Assembly (NCBI GenBank): GCA_963662405.2
Contig: CAXXKT010000001.1
Coordinates: forward strand, 1,824,001-1,888,000
Reading direction: 5' to 3'
Source: Syntrophales bacterium
Lineage (GTDB): Bacteria; Desulfobacterota; Syntrophia; Syntrophales; UBA2210
Length of the DNA: 64,000 nucleotides
Shown here: in pieces, positions 51,691 to 63,529 of the stretch
Layout of the letters: the number at the start of each line of letters is the position of its first letter
Position numbering within the stretch: the stretch's first letter is position 1
The notes under the pieces: generated by a model
What the model was told of the DNA's origin: nothing
Database searches by the model: none
The model's input: only the letters and a program-made list of their open reading frames with translations
Position numbers and translations under genes: made by a program

Positions 51691-54282
51691 ATGAGATTTG
51701 ATAAATTGACCCTGAAACTCCAGGAGGCCTTGCAGGATGCCGAAGGGCTGGCGGGTCAGTACGGACACCAGGGGATCGATGTCGAGCACATCCTCCTGGC
51801 CCTTGTGCGTCAGCCGGAAGGGACCGTCCCGGGGATCGTAAAAAAATTCGGCGCAAAGCCGGAACAGCTTGCCGCTGAAATCGAGGAAGCCCTGGAAGAG
51901 CTCCCGAAGGTTTCCGGCGCCGGGCAGACCTACGCGACTCCCCGGTTGAATGAGATGTTGAATAAGGCCCTGACCGAGGCGGCCCAGTTGGGGGACGAGT
52001 ATGTCAGTGTGGAACATGCCCTGATCGCAATCACAGGGGACACGAGCAGCCCCGCAGGGAAGGCACTTCAGCGATTGGGGATGAACAGGGATGCGATCCT
52101 GAAGGCCCTGGTGGATATACGGGGAAACCAGCGGATTACCGATCCGAATCCGGAGGACAAATACCAGGCCCTCAAGCGCTTTGCCCGTGACTTCAACGAA
52201 CTGGCCCTCAAAGGAAAATTCGATCCGGTTATCGGGCGGGACGACGAGATCAGGCGGATCATGCAGGTCCTCTCCCGGAGGACAAAAAACAACCCCGTAC
52301 TGATCGGTGAACCCGGGGTCGGAAAGACGGCAATCGCCGAAGGGCTGGCCCAGCGGATCATCAACGGCGATGTACCCGACAACCTGAAAAACAAACGGGT
52401 CGTCGGTCTCGATCTGGGGTCTCTGGTGGCGGGGGCCAAGTACCGGGGCGAATTCGAAGATCGCCTGAAGGCCGTCCTGAAGGAGGTGACCCAGACCAAC
52501 GGGGAGATCATCCTCTTCATCGACGAGCTCCATACCATGGTCGGGGCCGGGGCCGCCGAGGGCTCCATGGACGCATCGAATATGCTCAAACCCGCCCTGG
52601 CACGGGGGGAACTCCACTGTATCGGTGCGACGACCCTGAACGAGTACCGGAAATATATCGAAAAGGACGCCGCCCTGGAGCGGCGGTTCCAGCCGATCGT
52701 CGTGGGGGAACCGACGGTGGAAGATACCATCGCCATCCTCAGGGGGCTGAAGGAACGGTATGAGGTCCACCACGGGGTGCGGATCAAGGACTCGGCGATC
52801 ATCGCCGCCGCCACCCTGTCGAACCGGTATATCAGCGACCGGTTCCTCCCGGACAAGGCGGTCGACCTCATCGATGAGTCGGCCTCCCGTCTCAGGATCG
52901 AGCTTGACAGTCTCCCCTCCGAGATCGATGTTGTTGAGCGGCGGATCATGCAACTCGAGATCGAGCGGGAATCCCTGAAAAAGGAAAATGATAAGACCTC
53001 GAAAAAGCGGCTCGACAGTATCGAGAAGGAACTGGAGACCTTGGGGAAATCCCGGGATGACATGAAGAAACACTGGTCCGCCGAGAAGGAGGCCATCAAA
53101 GAGATCCAGTCGATCAAGGAGAAGATTGAGGAATACAAGGTAGCGGAGCAGAATGCCCAGCGGGAAGGCGATCTGGCGAAGGCCGCGGAGATCCGCTACG
53201 ACACCCTGGTCAGGCTGGAAAGGGATCTGTCGGAGAAGACGACGGGTCTGGAAGAACTTCAGAAGGAGAAGAAGACCCTCAAGGAAGAGGTGGACGAGGA
53301 GGATGTCGCCGAGGTCGTGGCGAGCTGGACCGGTATCCCGGTCGCCCGGATGATGGAGAGCGACGTGGAGAAGCTGATCCATATGGAAGACCGGCTCAAG
53401 CTCCGGGTCGTCGGCCAGGATGACGCCATTCACACAATATCCAACGCCCTCAGGCGAGCCCGTTCGGGTCTGCAGGACCCCAATCGTCCCATCGGATCGT
53501 TCATCTTCATGGGGCCGACCGGCGTGGGAAAGACCGAGCTGACCAAGGCCCTTGCCGAGTTCATGTTCGATAACGAGCAGGCCATGGTCAGGGTGGACAT
53601 GTCCGAGTTCATGGAGCGGCATTCCGTTTCCCGGCTGATCGGGGCTCCTCCCGGCTATGTGGGGTATGACGAAGGGGGATACCTGACCGAGGCGGTGAGG
53701 AGACGGCCCTATGCGGTGGTCCTCTTCGACGAGATCGAGAAGGCGCACCAAGATGTCTTCAATATCCTGCTCCAGATACTGGATGACGGCAGGTTGACGG
53801 ACGGGCACGGCCGGACGGTCGATTTCAAGAACACGATCATCATCATGACCTCGAATATCGGCAGCCAGTGGATGCAGGACCTGTCACTGGGCGAGGAGGA
53901 GCGGCAGAAACGGACGATGGAAGTGTTGCGGACGACCTTCAGGCCCGAGTTTCTCAACCGGGTTGACGATATCATCACCTTCAGATCCCTCTTGATCGAG
54001 GATATCCGGGGTATTATCGGTATCCAGATCGGCATGGTGCAGAAGAGGCTCCAGGACCGGAAGATCAATCTCGAACTGACGGACAAGATCCGGGAGTATA
54101 TATCCGAGGAAGGATACAGTCCCGTCTATGGTGCGCGTCCCCTCAAGAGGGCACTGCAGCGGATCATAGAGGACACCCTCGCCACCCAGATCCTGCAAGG
54201 TGAGATCGCGGAGGGCGACGATATCGTGGCGGATATGGACGGAAACGGCGAGGTTGTTTTCAGAAAGAAGGACAATTCGTAG
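51691..54282 (+). CDS. clpB: ATP-dependent chaperone ClpB
   Basis: Two AAA+ modules ([16 protein letters not shown]) and coiled-coil middle domain. Confidence 0.97.
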   Translation: MRFDKLTLKLQEALQDAEGLAGQYGHQGIDVEHILLALVRQPEGTVPGIVKKFGAKPEQLAAEIEEALEELPKVSGAGQTYATPRLNEMLNKALTEAAQLGDEYVSVEHALIAITGDTSSPAGKALQRLGMNRDAILKALVDIRGNQRITDPNPEDKYQALKRFARDFNELALKGKFDPVIGRDDEIRRIMQVLSRRTKNNPVLIGEPGVGKTAIAEGLAQRIINGDVPDNLKNKRVVGLDLGSLVAGAKYRGEFEDRLKAVLKEVTQTNGEIILFIDELHTMVGAGAAEGSMDASNMLKPALARGELHCIGATTLNEYRKYIEKDAALERRFQPIVVGEPTVEDTIAILRGLKERYEVHHGVRIKDSAIIAAATLSNRYISDRFLPDKAVDLIDESASRLRIELDSLPSEIDVVERRIMQLEIERESLKKENDKTSKKRLDSIEKELETLGKSRDDMKKHWSAEKEAIKEIQSIKEKIEEYKVAEQNAQREGDLAKAAEIRYDTLVRLERDLSEKTTGLEELQKEKKTLKEEVDEEDVAEVVASWTGIPVARMMESDVEKLIHMEDRLKLRVVGQDDAIHTISNALRRARSGLQDPNRPIGSFIFMGPTGVGKTELTKALAEFMFDNEQAMVRVDMSEFMERHSVSRLIGAPPGYVGYDEGGYLTEAVRRRPYAVVLFDEIEKAHQDVFNILLQILDDGRLTDGHGRTVDFKNTIIIMTSNIGSQWMQDLSLGEEERQKRTMEVLRTTFRPEFLNRVDDIITFRSLLIEDIRGIIGIQIGMVQKRLQDRKINLELTDKIREYISEEGYSPVYGARPLKRALQRIIEDTLATQILQGEIAEGDDIVADMDGNGEVVFRKKDNS

Positions 54283-54358
54283 ATTCACTTGCAAAAGAGA
54301 TGTCAACGGGGTTTATCCGTGCTCTGCGCCGAATGCTCCCCCACAGGAGAAACATGAG

Positions 54359-55204
54359 ATGAACAATGTAAAGACGGTGGTGCTGCTGGGGTCCCTGACG
54401 GGTCTCCTGATGTTGATTGGTGGATATTTCGGCGGAAGGAGCGGTATTGTCATCGCTTTCCTCTTTGCCATGGTGCTCAATTTCGGGAGCTACTGGTTCT
54501 CGGACAAGATCGTCCTGAAGATGTACCGGGGCCGGGAGGTGTCCGAGGCCGATGCTCCTGAGCTCTATTCAATGGTCAAGGATCTGGCCCTCAGGGCCGG
54601 TCTTCCCATGCCCCGTCTGTACGTGATCCCGGGGAACACGCCCAATGCCTTTGCGACGGGGCGAAACGAACACCACGCGGCCGTTGCCGTCACCGAGGGG
54701 ATCGTTAGCCTCCTGAACAGGGATGAGCTGGAGGGGGTCCTGTCCCATGAACTGACCCACATCAAGAACCACGATATTCTTATCAGCTCCATTGCCGCGA
54801 CGATTGCGGGCGCCATCATGATGCTGGCCGGCATGGCCCGGTGGGCGGCGATCTTTGGTGTCGGGAGGGATGACGATGATGAAGGCGGAGGACTGGTCGG
54901 TCTCATCGTCATGGCCATTCTCGCTCCGATAGCGGCAACCATCATACAGATGGCCATCTCGCGTTCCCGTGAATACCTTGCAGACGAGGGGGGGGCGCGA
55001 ATATCGGGAAAACCCGCCGGGCTGGCAAACGCCCTGGAGAAATTGTCGTCTTCGTCGAAGAACAATCCGATGAATGTCAATCCGTCGACGGCGCATCTCT
55101 TCATCGTGAAGCCTTTTAGCGGCCGGGCTGCGATGAATCTCTTCAGCACGCATCCGCCGATTGAAAAGAGGGTGGAGAAGCTGCGGGCGATGCAGCGGTA
55201 TTAG
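54359..55204 (+). CDS. htpX: Zinc metalloprotease HtpX
   Basis: [27 protein letters not shown]. Confidence 0.95.
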   Translation: MNNVKTVVLLGSLTGLLMLIGGYFGGRSGIVIAFLFAMVLNFGSYWFSDKIVLKMYRGREVSEADAPELYSMVKDLALRAGLPMPRLYVIPGNTPNAFATGRNEHHAAVAVTEGIVSLLNRDELEGVLSHELTHIKNHDILISSIAATIAGAIMMLAGMARWAAIFGVGRDDDDEGGGLVGLIVMAILAPIAATIIQMAISRSREYLADEGGARISGKPAGLANALEKLSSSSKNNPMNVNPSTAHLFIVKPFSGRAAMNLFSTHPPIEKRVEKLRAMQRY

Positions 55205-55367
55205 TGGCCGGTATGTGAAAGACACGAAAAAATACCACGGTTCAGTGGGAAGAGAAGATGCTGGCATGGAACTCAACGTGAAGGTCCATTCATGGACCTT
55301 TTCTCAACTTTGTGGTAGGGAGTGTTCCTGATACGGCGGGACCAAGCATACTATTCGGGAGGGTGAC

Positions 55368-55829
55368 ATGGAGGAGAATAACGGAGAAAAGGGATTTGTG
55401 ATTAAAGACAGACGGATGTTCGACGAAGAGGGAAAGGCGCGCGAGGAAGGGGCGCAACAGGAGACTCAAAAAGAACAGACGCCATCCGAGGGTCAAACCG
55501 AATCGAAAGTCGCAGATGAGACGCCACAGGTCGAGAAGGAGGAAAAGGTCGAATCGGGAAGAGAGGAACAATATCAGGTTCCCGAGATGAATTTCCATAA
55601 TTTCGTTCTCTCCCTGTATACCTCGGTGATCTTCAGTCTGGGAGAGGTCCCCGATCCCGTATCGGGCGAAAAGAAGAAAGACCTCCAGGCGGCAAAACAG
55701 ACGATTGATCTATTGGGAATGATCCAGGAGAAGACACGGGGAAACCTCGATAGTAGCGAGAAGGAACTGCTTGAAGGAGTCCTATCGGAAGCACGTATGA
55801 GATATGTGAAGGAGCGGGATCAGGCATGA
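55368..55829 (+). CDS. DUF1844 domain protein
   Basis: IKDRR, LGEVPDP, AKQTIDLLGMIQEKTRGNL. Confidence 0.85.
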   Translation: MEENNGEKGFVIKDRRMFDEEGKAREEGAQQETQKEQTPSEGQTESKVADETPQVEKEEKVESGREEQYQVPEMNFHNFVLSLYTSVIFSLGEVPDPVSGEKKKDLQAAKQTIDLLGMIQEKTRGNLDSSEKELLEGVLSEARMRYVKERDQA

Positions 55830-56662
55830 TCGTCAGGCGTTCACCCGCGAAGGTGAACCTCTTCCTCCGGGTACTGAGAAAAAGGGGTGACGGGTACCAC
55901 GATATCCTCAGCCTCATGCAGCGGATCGACCTTTCTGACGAGATGTCATTCTCCCTGAGAGACGAAGGGATCGTGATCAAATGCCCGGGGAGTTCGATCC
56001 CCGAGGACAGGCGGAATCTGGTATACCGGGCCGCCGAGGCTGTCCTTGCCCTCGCCGGCGGGAAGACAGGCGCGGAGATAACCATACACAAGAAGATCCC
56101 GGTCGCCGCGGGGCTGGGGGGCGGCAGCTCCAACGCGGCAACCACGCTCGTTACCCTCAACGAGATGGTGGGAACGAAATGCAGCACGGAGGAGCTGATG
56201 CGCATGGGGGCAAAGCTGGGGGCCGACGTTCCCTTTTTTATTTTCGAACGGACTGCCCTGGCATCCGGTATCGGCGAATATCTCGAGGCGGTAGACGGGC
56301 TCCCCCGCATATGGTTCGTTCTCGTCAATCCCGGTTTTGAGATCTCCACCCGGGAGGTCTACGAGAGTTTGAGAATGGAATTGACAGAAGACCCGATACA
56401 ATATAGGATGCCGGCTTTTAAGACGGTTTCCCATGTCGCGAAGGAACTGTACAACGATCTGGAGGAGGTCTCTCTGGATCGGTATCCTGTCTTGTCGGAG
56501 ATCAAGGCACAGTTGATGGCGCATGGGGCCTCGGGTTCTCTGATGTCGGGGAGCGGTCCCACCGTCTTCGGTATCTTCGAAAATGAAGATGATGCGCGGA
56601 AGGCCGAAACAAAGCTACGTGAGACTCACACCGGTTCGGTGCTCGTCGCATCTTCCATATAA
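55826..56662 (+). CDS. ispE: 4-diphosphocytidyl-2-C-methyl-D-erythritol kinase
   Basis: PAKVNLFL, IPVAAGLGGGSSNAA, GADVPFF, MSGSGPT. Confidence 0.96.
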   Translation: MIVRRSPAKVNLFLRVLRKRGDGYHDILSLMQRIDLSDEMSFSLRDEGIVIKCPGSSIPEDRRNLVYRAAEAVLALAGGKTGAEITIHKKIPVAAGLGGGSSNAATTLVTLNEMVGTKCSTEELMRMGAKLGADVPFFIFERTALASGIGEYLEAVDGLPRIWFVLVNPGFEISTREVYESLRMELTEDPIQYRMPAFKTVSHVAKELYNDLEEVSLDRYPVLSEIKAQLMAHGASGSLMSGSGPTVFGIFENEDDARKAETKLRETHTGSVLVASSI

Positions 56663-56737
56663 TGGGGCGTCGTCAAGCGGTAAGACACAGGACTTTGGTT
56701 CCTGCATTCGGAGGTTCGAATCCTCCCGCCCCAGCCA
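56663..56737 (+). tRNA. tRNA-Gln (TTG)
   Basis: Cloverleaf with CAGGA-CTTTGGT-TCCTG anticodon arm, GGTTCGAATCC T-arm and encoded CCA. Confidence 0.97.
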
Positions 56738-56780
56738 TAACTTTTCTCAGATGACGGCTCGTCACTTGGGCCGGACAGCG

Positions 56781-56934
56781 AAATCTCTTGACATTACATC
56801 ACCATAAAGTTATCAGGTTAACGATTTGATCTTGATGTTATTTTCTGTTTGCGAACGGCTGTAACCAAAGGGGGATTATGGCCTGATCATCAAAGCCCTG
56901 TTTCTCAAAACGAGAGATGGGGCTTTTGCTTTTT
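56781..56934 (+). ncRNA. Copy B of the dispersed promoter/micro-ORF/terminator element
   Basis: TTGACA at 56788, MLFSVCERL* at 56835-56864, terminator at 56892-56934; homologous to 7038-7196. Confidence 0.55.
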
Positions 56935-56972
56935 GTCATAGAAAAGATTGGTATGCGAAGCCGCGAGACACA

Positions 56973-57658
56973 GTGAATGTGAGATGTCCCTCGTTTTTTC
57001 TAGGCCTTTACGAGTTTTCAAAAGCAATAGTTGAAAAAATCATTAATCACATTGCATGGAATAAGACAGGTCCTGGCGAGTTTCGAAGCCCTTTCACACG
57101 TGGGACTAAAGAGCGGCCACTGCGAATAACATTTCATACCTCTAGCGTGGCTGGAGCAACAGGGAAAGAGAAAGAAGCTCTTGAACTATTAATGGAATTG
57201 ACCTTCGTTTCTGAAATACAAGCAATGCAAGCAGAGTCTGGGAGTCTTCCTTCCAAATTGGCTCAACTGATGAGAATAATAATTTTTTTCCGGTGACGGT
57301 GAATTACACAACTCACACTACTTACGCTAGGATAGCAAATCCACAACGATGGTCTCAGATCGCAGCTTCTCTTCTCGAAAAATATGATCAGCAACCTGAT
57401 GTGATTAAGGTGCTTGATGCTTTATTGTTGTCGCCAGCGCATCATAGGTTGCACCAAGATATTTGTATGACTTTATCCCCCCAGTTACTCACCCACCGCA
57501 CTCGGCACGTCGTTCGTGATGCCAACCCTATGACACCGAGAGAAGCTGCTAAGGTTGTTGGATATTTTCTGAGAGCTCGAGATAAATTCATTTATGAGGC
57601 GTGGGCAAAAGGTGCAGCGATCACTCGATCGCGGTTTTTTGCCGAAAATGTGATTTAG
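56973..57658 (+). pseudogene. Low-GC hypothetical gene fragments (two overlapping ORFs)
   Basis: AT-rich, no clear RBS; the second frame is open from 57215, compatible with one frameshifted gene. No family recognised. Confidence 0.35.
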
Positions 57659-57938
57659 AACAGTTATGCTCAAGAGAATTTCTTCTGGAATCATATCAAT
57701 TATTGTAAACAGAAGTATGATATAGTGAATATTTTATCCTGGTCGCACAGTGCCACCGGTTCCTCTCCTGATGCCCCGATCTCTCTCCTTTTCCCTTGAC
57801 CTCTGGTCATTTTTGGGTTAGTAATGCCCAAATTGTTCCTAAGGTGTTCCTATTGCCCTCGGAAGTGCTGTATTAGCGTGGGGGTACGAAGGTTTAAGCC
57901 CTCCCGCTCCAACCAGATAAAGGGAAAGAAGGTCCTAG

Positions 57939-58880
57939 ATGTTAGAAAGAATGAGGATATTTTCCGGTAATGCCAGCCGGGTTCTTGCAACTGATATCTG
58001 TAGAAAACTCGGGGTATCGCTGGCCAAGGCCAGCGTTTCCACTTTCAGTGACGGCGAGACGAGTGTTGAAATTGATGAAAATGTGAGGGGGATGGATGTC
58101 TTTATCGTTCAATCCACTTCGACGCCGGTTAATAAGAACCTGATGGAACTCCTCATCATGATAGATGCCTTGAAACGAGCGTCTGCCGACCGGATAACTG
58201 CCGTCATCCCCTATTACGGGTATGCCCGGCAAGACAGAAAGGCCGCCCCGAGGGCTCCGATCACGGCGAAACTGGTGGCCGATCTTCTCACGACGGCCGG
58301 GGCGAATCGCGTGATAGCAGTGGACCTCCATGCCGGCCAGATCCAAGGCTTTTTCAATATCCCGGTTGATAATCTCTACGCAACTCCCATCCTTCTCGAG
58401 TATGTGAAACGCAATTATGCAGGTAATCTCATTATTGTATCACCCGACACGGGCGGCGTCGTGAGGGCGAGGGCCTTCGCAAAGAGGTTGGGAGCCACGT
58501 TGGCAATCGTGGACAAGCGGAGGGATGCGCCAAATGAATCCCAAGTGATGAACGTTATTGGTGATGTAAAAGACAAAAAAGCAATCATTATCGATGACAT
58601 GATCGATACGGCCGGAACGGTTGTTCAGGCCGCCGAGGCCATCAAGAAAGAGGGGGCTAAGGAGGTTTCTGTCTGTTGTACCCATCCTGTCCTTTCCGGG
58701 CCGGCGATTGAGCGGATGAGTTCTTCCTCCGTGAAAGAGGTGATCGTGACGGATACCATTCCCCTGCATGAGAAGGCGCAGACCTGTAAAAAGATACGGG
58801 TCCTTTCGATGTCGGGGGTGTTAAGCGAATCGATCAAGAGGATTTACTATAACGAGTCCGTAAGCTCATTGTTTATTTAA
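57939..58880 (+). CDS. prs: Ribose-phosphate pyrophosphokinase
   Basis: [37 protein letters not shown]. Confidence 0.97.
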   Translation: MLERMRIFSGNASRVLATDICRKLGVSLAKASVSTFSDGETSVEIDENVRGMDVFIVQSTSTPVNKNLMELLIMIDALKRASADRITAVIPYYGYARQDRKAAPRAPITAKLVADLLTTAGANRVIAVDLHAGQIQGFFNIPVDNLYATPILLEYVKRNYAGNLIIVSPDTGGVVRARAFAKRLGATLAIVDKRRDAPNESQVMNVIGDVKDKKAIIIDDMIDTAGTVVQAAEAIKKEGAKEVSVCCTHPVLSGPAIERMSSSSVKEVIVTDTIPLHEKAQTCKKIRVLSMSGVLSESIKRIYYNESVSSLFI

Positions 58881-58975
58881 AGCCTTGGTTTTTGCTCCCA
58901 AGGGAGGGAATGGGGGTCCATGGGCGTTTGATATGTGTATATATGAGTTTTGAACTTTTTAAATAGGAGTGACAG

Positions 58976-59644
58976 ATGAGAACAGTTGCGTTAAGCGCTC
59001 AGATACGGGAAGGGACGGGGAAAGGCCCTTCGCGGAGGCTGCGATCGGGGGGCTTTGTCCCGGGAACATTTTACGGATACCAAGCAGAGCCGATGATCGT
59101 CAAGGTTGATGCATCCGAGTTGACGAAGATCTTGGTGCAAGGACGGGGAGAGACGGTCTTTATAAAGCTCGGGATCGAATCAGACAAGGAGAAGAAGGTC
59201 GAAAAGCTCTCCGTTATAAAAGATCTCCAGATTGACACGGTCAACAGAAAGCCGGTCCACGTTGATTTCTATGAGATTCGGATGGACAGGACCCTCGCGG
59301 TGGATGTGCCCGTGGTTTTTACCGGTACATCGTCAGGGGTCGAAGATGGTGGGGAAATGCAGCAGCTCAAGAGGGATGTGAAGGTATCGGGTCTTCCCTC
59401 CGATCTCCCCGAATCCATTGAAATAGATATTAGTCAGCTCGGGATTGGTGATTCCGTCAAGGTGAGCGATCTTGTTGTTGAAGAGGGAATCCAGCTTCTC
59501 GATAACGATGACGTGGCCATCGTGGCCGTAGTCCCCACGCGCGTAAGCCTGGCGGCGGAAGTGGCCGAGGGTGAAGAGGGTGAAGGAGAGGTTGCGGGAG
59601 CGACTGAGGCGTCTTCTGCCGAAACGGAAGGTGAGGGAGAATAA
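58976..59644 (+). CDS. rplY: 50S ribosomal protein L25/Ctc
   Basis: GKGPSRRLR, HVDFY, LPESIEIDI. Confidence 0.95.
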   Translation: MRTVALSAQIREGTGKGPSRRLRSGGFVPGTFYGYQAEPMIVKVDASELTKILVQGRGETVFIKLGIESDKEKKVEKLSVIKDLQIDTVNRKPVHVDFYEIRMDRTLAVDVPVVFTGTSSGVEDGGEMQQLKRDVKVSGLPSDLPESIEIDISQLGIGDSVKVSDLVVEEGIQLLDNDDVAIVAVVPTRVSLAAEVAEGEEGEGEVAGATEASSAETEGEGE

Positions 59645-59678
59645 TCATAAGCATGATGATGCTCCGGCAGGGAAACAG

Positions 59679-60269
59679 GTGCAGCTGATAGTTGGGCTGG
59701 GCAATCCCGGTGCCAAGTATGTCGGTACCAGACATAATATGGGATTTCTGGTTGTCGATGCCGTGGCTCGGAGGGTAGGTGTAGCTGTTGACCGTAAGCG
59801 GTTTGATTCCCTCCTCGGCAAGGGAGATATCTCCGGGGTTCCCGTGATTTTGGTGAAACCACAGACCTTTATGAACCTGAGCGGGAGTGCGGTTGCTCAG
59901 GTTGCCCGTTATTTCGGGCTCGGTGCCGAAGAGATAGTAATTGTTCATGATGATATGGATTTCCCAACCGGCGAGGTCCGGATAAGAATGCGCGGTGGCG
60001 CCGGGGGGCACAAAGGGTTGCTCTCCATCATCGATCACCTTGGCAGGCCCGATTTTGCCAGGGTTCGAGTGGGTGTCGGTAGGCCGTCTGCTGGTGTGAT
60101 GATGGAGCGGCATGTATTGGATCGGTTCCCGAAGAGCGAGGCGCGAATGGTGGATCATGCCGTTGAACGGGCATGTGATGCGGTGATTGAGGTTGTTTCA
60201 TCGGGTGTTCAGGCGGCGATGAACAAATGTAACGCAAGGACCACACAAAAATTAAGCGAGGAGGTATAA
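59679..60269 (+). CDS. pth: Peptidyl-tRNA hydrolase
   Basis: [35 protein letters not shown] start. Confidence 0.95.
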   Translation: MQLIVGLGNPGAKYVGTRHNMGFLVVDAVARRVGVAVDRKRFDSLLGKGDISGVPVILVKPQTFMNLSGSAVAQVARYFGLGAEEIVIVHDDMDFPTGEVRIRMRGGAGGHKGLLSIIDHLGRPDFARVRVGVGRPSAGVMMERHVLDRFPKSEARMVDHAVERACDAVIEVVSSGVQAAMNKCNARTTQKLSEEV

Positions 60270-60277
60270 ACGGGACT

Positions 60278-62341
60278 ATGGAATTTTTGGTAGATTATGC
60301 GTGGTTATGGGGCCTCATCGGTCTGGTGCTGGCATTCATAATTTACAGATACGTTATGACCTTTTCTCCGGGTAACGACGTAATGGTTGAGATCATGGAC
60401 AGGATACACGCCGGTGCCATGGTCTTTCTGAAGAGGGAATACAAGATCATCTCGATCTTTGTCGTTGTTGTGTTCCTTATCCTCTTCTTTGCTTTGGACA
60501 ACAAGATGTCATCCGTGGCGTTCCTGGCGGGGGCGATCTGTTCTCTGATGGCCGGTGTTTTCGGAATGCAGGCTGCCACCCTCTCCAACGCGAGGACGGC
60601 TGAGGCGGCCAAGACGTATGGCCAGGGCAGGGCCCTGACCGTGGCCTTCTTCGGCGGTTCCGTTATGGGGCTTTCCGTGGCATCCCTCGGGCTCTTGGGC
60701 TTGGGCGTCTTCTTCTATTTCTTTGCCGAAACGGATCCCGTTGTCATCAACGGTTTCGCCATGGGCGCCTCTTCGATCGCCCTCTTCGCCCGTGTCGGTG
60801 GTGGTATCTTCACCAAGACGGCCGATGTGGGATCCGACCTGGTCGGTAAGGTTGAAGCGGGAATCCCGGAAGACGATCCGAGAAACCCGGGCGTCACCGC
60901 GGACAACGTTGGGGATAACGTGGGTGATATTGCCGGTATGGGCGCGGACCTCTACGAGTCCTACTGCGGTTCCGTTATTGCCGCCATCGCGATCGGCGCG
61001 ACGATGGGTCTCGGTCAGGAAGGTATGGCAATCAAGTGGATGATGCTGCCCATGCTGTTCATCATCGTCGGGCTTCTTGCATCGGTTATCGGAATCGGGC
61101 TCTTCAATTTCCTCAAGAATATGAAACCCCAGTCGGCGCTAAGCAATTCTCTCTATATCGCGGGGATTCTCTTCATCATCGCTTCGTACTTCGTTGTCAA
61201 AAATATCACGGCGGGGATGTCTGCCGAGTATCTGAAAGAACTGGGAATGATCAGTGCCCTGGGGCCCTTCTGGGCTGTTCTTCTCGGGATTGTTGCCGGT
61301 ATGCTGATTGGCGCCGTCACGGAATACTACACGGCCCGTGGGCCCATCGAGCGGATAGCTGAGGCATCGCAGACCGGCTCGGCGACAACGATCATCAGCG
61401 GTTTCGCCGTCGGTCTCGAGAGCGTTGTGGCCCCGGTATTCTTCATCGCCATCGCGATCTGGATGTCCTATATAACCTGCGGTCTCTATGGGATAGCCAT
61501 TGCTGGTGTCGGTATGCTGGGTACGGTCGGCATGACCATGTCAGTCGACAGCTACGGTCCGATCGCCGATAACGCGGGCGGTATCGCGGAGCAGGCCCAT
61601 ATGCCTCCCGAGGTACGGGAGATCACGGACGGTCTCGACGCGGTGGGTAACACGACCGCCGCTATCGGTAAGGGTTTTGCCATCGGTTCGGCGGCCTTGA
61701 CGGCCCTGGCCATGTTTGCCGCTTACACCGCGACGGTGAAGACCTTCCCCGGTTTTGAAAATTTCACTCTCGATCTGACCGAGGCGCACGTTATTACCGG
61801 TGTGTTCCTGGGTGGCTTGATCCCTTGTCTGCTGGCTGCGCTCACGATGACCGCTGTCGGTGAGGCGGCGTTTGATATGATCAACGAGATCAGGAGACAG
61901 TTCAGAGAGATTCCCGGGATCATGGAAGGCACGACTCCTCCCGACACGAACAGGTGTGTGGATATCGCTACAACCGCAGCCCTGAAGAGGATGATCTTCC
62001 CCGGTGTCTCGGCGGTCCTGGCACCCATCCTCGTTGGTGTATTCATCGGCCCCCAGGCGCTGGGTGGATTTCTCGCCGGTGCGACGCTGACAGGCGTGAT
62101 TCTGGGTCTGCTGATGGCAAACTCCGGTGGCGCGTGGGATAATGCGAAGAAGTACATCGAGCAGGGGCATTTCGGCGGCAAGGGTTCCGATGCGCACAAA
62201 GCGAGCGTTATCGGCGACACCGTCGGCGATCCCTTCAAGGATACCTCGGGACCCTCGATGAATATCCTGATCAAGCTGATGTCGGTTGTTTCTCTGGTTA
62301 CCGCTCCGGCGATTATATATCTCTATAATCTGATTTATTAA
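60278..62341 (+). CDS. hppA: Membrane ion-translocating pyrophosphatase, K+-dependent, likely Na+-pumping
   Basis: [33 protein letters not shown] (Ala marks K+ dependence), [10 protein letters not shown]. Confidence 0.95.
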   Translation: MEFLVDYAWLWGLIGLVLAFIIYRYVMTFSPGNDVMVEIMDRIHAGAMVFLKREYKIISIFVVVVFLILFFALDNKMSSVAFLAGAICSLMAGVFGMQAATLSNARTAEAAKTYGQGRALTVAFFGGSVMGLSVASLGLLGLGVFFYFFAETDPVVINGFAMGASSIALFARVGGGIFTKTADVGSDLVGKVEAGIPEDDPRNPGVTADNVGDNVGDIAGMGADLYESYCGSVIAAIAIGATMGLGQEGMAIKWMMLPMLFIIVGLLASVIGIGLFNFLKNMKPQSALSNSLYIAGILFIIASYFVVKNITAGMSAEYLKELGMISALGPFWAVLLGIVAGMLIGAVTEYYTARGPIERIAEASQTGSATTIISGFAVGLESVVAPVFFIAIAIWMSYITCGLYGIAIAGVGMLGTVGMTMSVDSYGPIADNAGGIAEQAHMPPEVREITDGLDAVGNTTAAIGKGFAIGSAALTALAMFAAYTATVKTFPGFENFTLDLTEAHVITGVFLGGLIPCLLAALTMTAVGEAAFDMINEIRRQFREIPGIMEGTTPPDTNRCVDIATTAALKRMIFPGVSAVLAPILVGVFIGPQALGGFLAGATLTGVILGLLMANSGGAWDNAKKYIEQGHFGGKGSDAHKASVIGDTVGDPFKDTSGPSMNILIKLMSVVSLVTAPAIIYLYNLIY

Positions 62342-62369
62342 GCCGGATAATCAGGATATAAGTATATGG

Positions 62370-62402
62370 AAGGGGGGTGGAGGAATCCATCCCCCTTTTT
62401 TT
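62370..62402 (+). terminator. Intrinsic terminator after hppA
   Basis: GGGGGGTGGA-GGAA-TCCATCCCCC followed by a T run. Confidence 0.6.
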
Positions 62403-62415
62403 CTGAGAGAGAGTT

Positions 62416-63510
62416 ATGGGTTTCAGGTGCGGCATCATCGGACTTCCGAACGTCGGCAAATCCACGATCTTCAACGCCCTTACCGCCGCTGGCGCGGAGG
62501 TGGCGAACTATCCCTTCTGCACCATCAATCCCAATATCGGTATCGTTCCTGTTCCCGACCCGCGGCTTGAACATATCGCCCACATTATCCATCCCCCTGA
62601 GGTCACTTTTACGACGATGGAATTTCTCGACATTGCCGGTTTGGTAAAAGGTGCGAGTCAGGGAGAGGGGTTGGGAAATCGGTTTCTCGGAAACATTCGG
62701 GATGTCGATGCAATCGTCCATATTGTTCGCTGTTTCAATGATCCCAACGTCGCGCATGTTCATGGTGCCGTGAACCCCGCCGATGATATTACGGTTGTGG
62801 AGATGGAGTTAGTCCTCGCTGACATGGAGACCGTAGAAAGACGAATCGAGAAGGCGGAAAAAACGGCAAAGGCTGGAGACAAGTCACATCGCAGTGAACT
62901 CGAACTGTGCCACAGGATTCTCGACTCCCTAGGGGGCAATATCCCGGTGCGCAATATTGCTCTGAACCCTGAAGAAGATGTTGTGCTGCGAGAACTAAAT
63001 CTGATCACGGCAAAGAAGGTGCTGTATGTTGCGAATATTGACGAATCACAACTGCGGGAGGGGGATCAGTATATAACCGCCGTAGAAGAGATCGCGCAAT
63101 CGGAAGGATCTGAGGTGATTGTTATCTGCGGCGATATGGAGGCCGAGATCGCGGCCCTTGCCGAGGAGGACAGGAAGGCATTCCTTGATGATCTTGGTCT
63201 GGCAGAGTCGGGACTCCAGAAGCTGATCCGAGCCGGATACCATCTCTTGGGCCTGGTCACCTTTTACACAACGGTGGGGGGGCAGCTTCGTGCCTGGACG
63301 ATCCCGGACGGGACCAGGGCCTCCCGTGCCGCTGGAAAGATCCACACCGATATGGAACGGGGATTCATTCGGGCGGAGATTCTAAAGTATGATGATTTTG
63401 TCAGGGCGGGGGGCATTTCAACTGCCAAGGATCAAGGGCTTATTAAGGCGCAGGGCCGAGACCATATTATCGAGGATGGTGATATTGTTCACTTCAGATT
63501 CAACGTGTGA
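62416..63510 (+). CDS. ychF: Redox-regulated ATPase YchF
   Basis: GLPNVGKST, NYPFCTI, DIAGLV, AGKIHTD. Confidence 0.97.
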   Translation: MGFRCGIIGLPNVGKSTIFNALTAAGAEVANYPFCTINPNIGIVPVPDPRLEHIAHIIHPPEVTFTTMEFLDIAGLVKGASQGEGLGNRFLGNIRDVDAIVHIVRCFNDPNVAHVHGAVNPADDITVVEMELVLADMETVERRIEKAEKTAKAGDKSHRSELELCHRILDSLGGNIPVRNIALNPEEDVVLRELNLITAKKVLYVANIDESQLREGDQYITAVEEIAQSEGSEVIVICGDMEAEIAALAEEDRKAFLDDLGLAESGLQKLIRAGYHLLGLVTFYTTVGGQLRAWTIPDGTRASRAAGKIHTDMERGFIRAEILKYDDFVRAGGISTAKDQGLIKAQGRDHIIEDGDIVHFRFNV

Positions 63511-63529
63511 TACAGAGAGAAAGGTACCA

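Noticed and set aside
51355..53808. 817-aa minus-strand ORF
   Set aside because: Antisense shadow of clpB.
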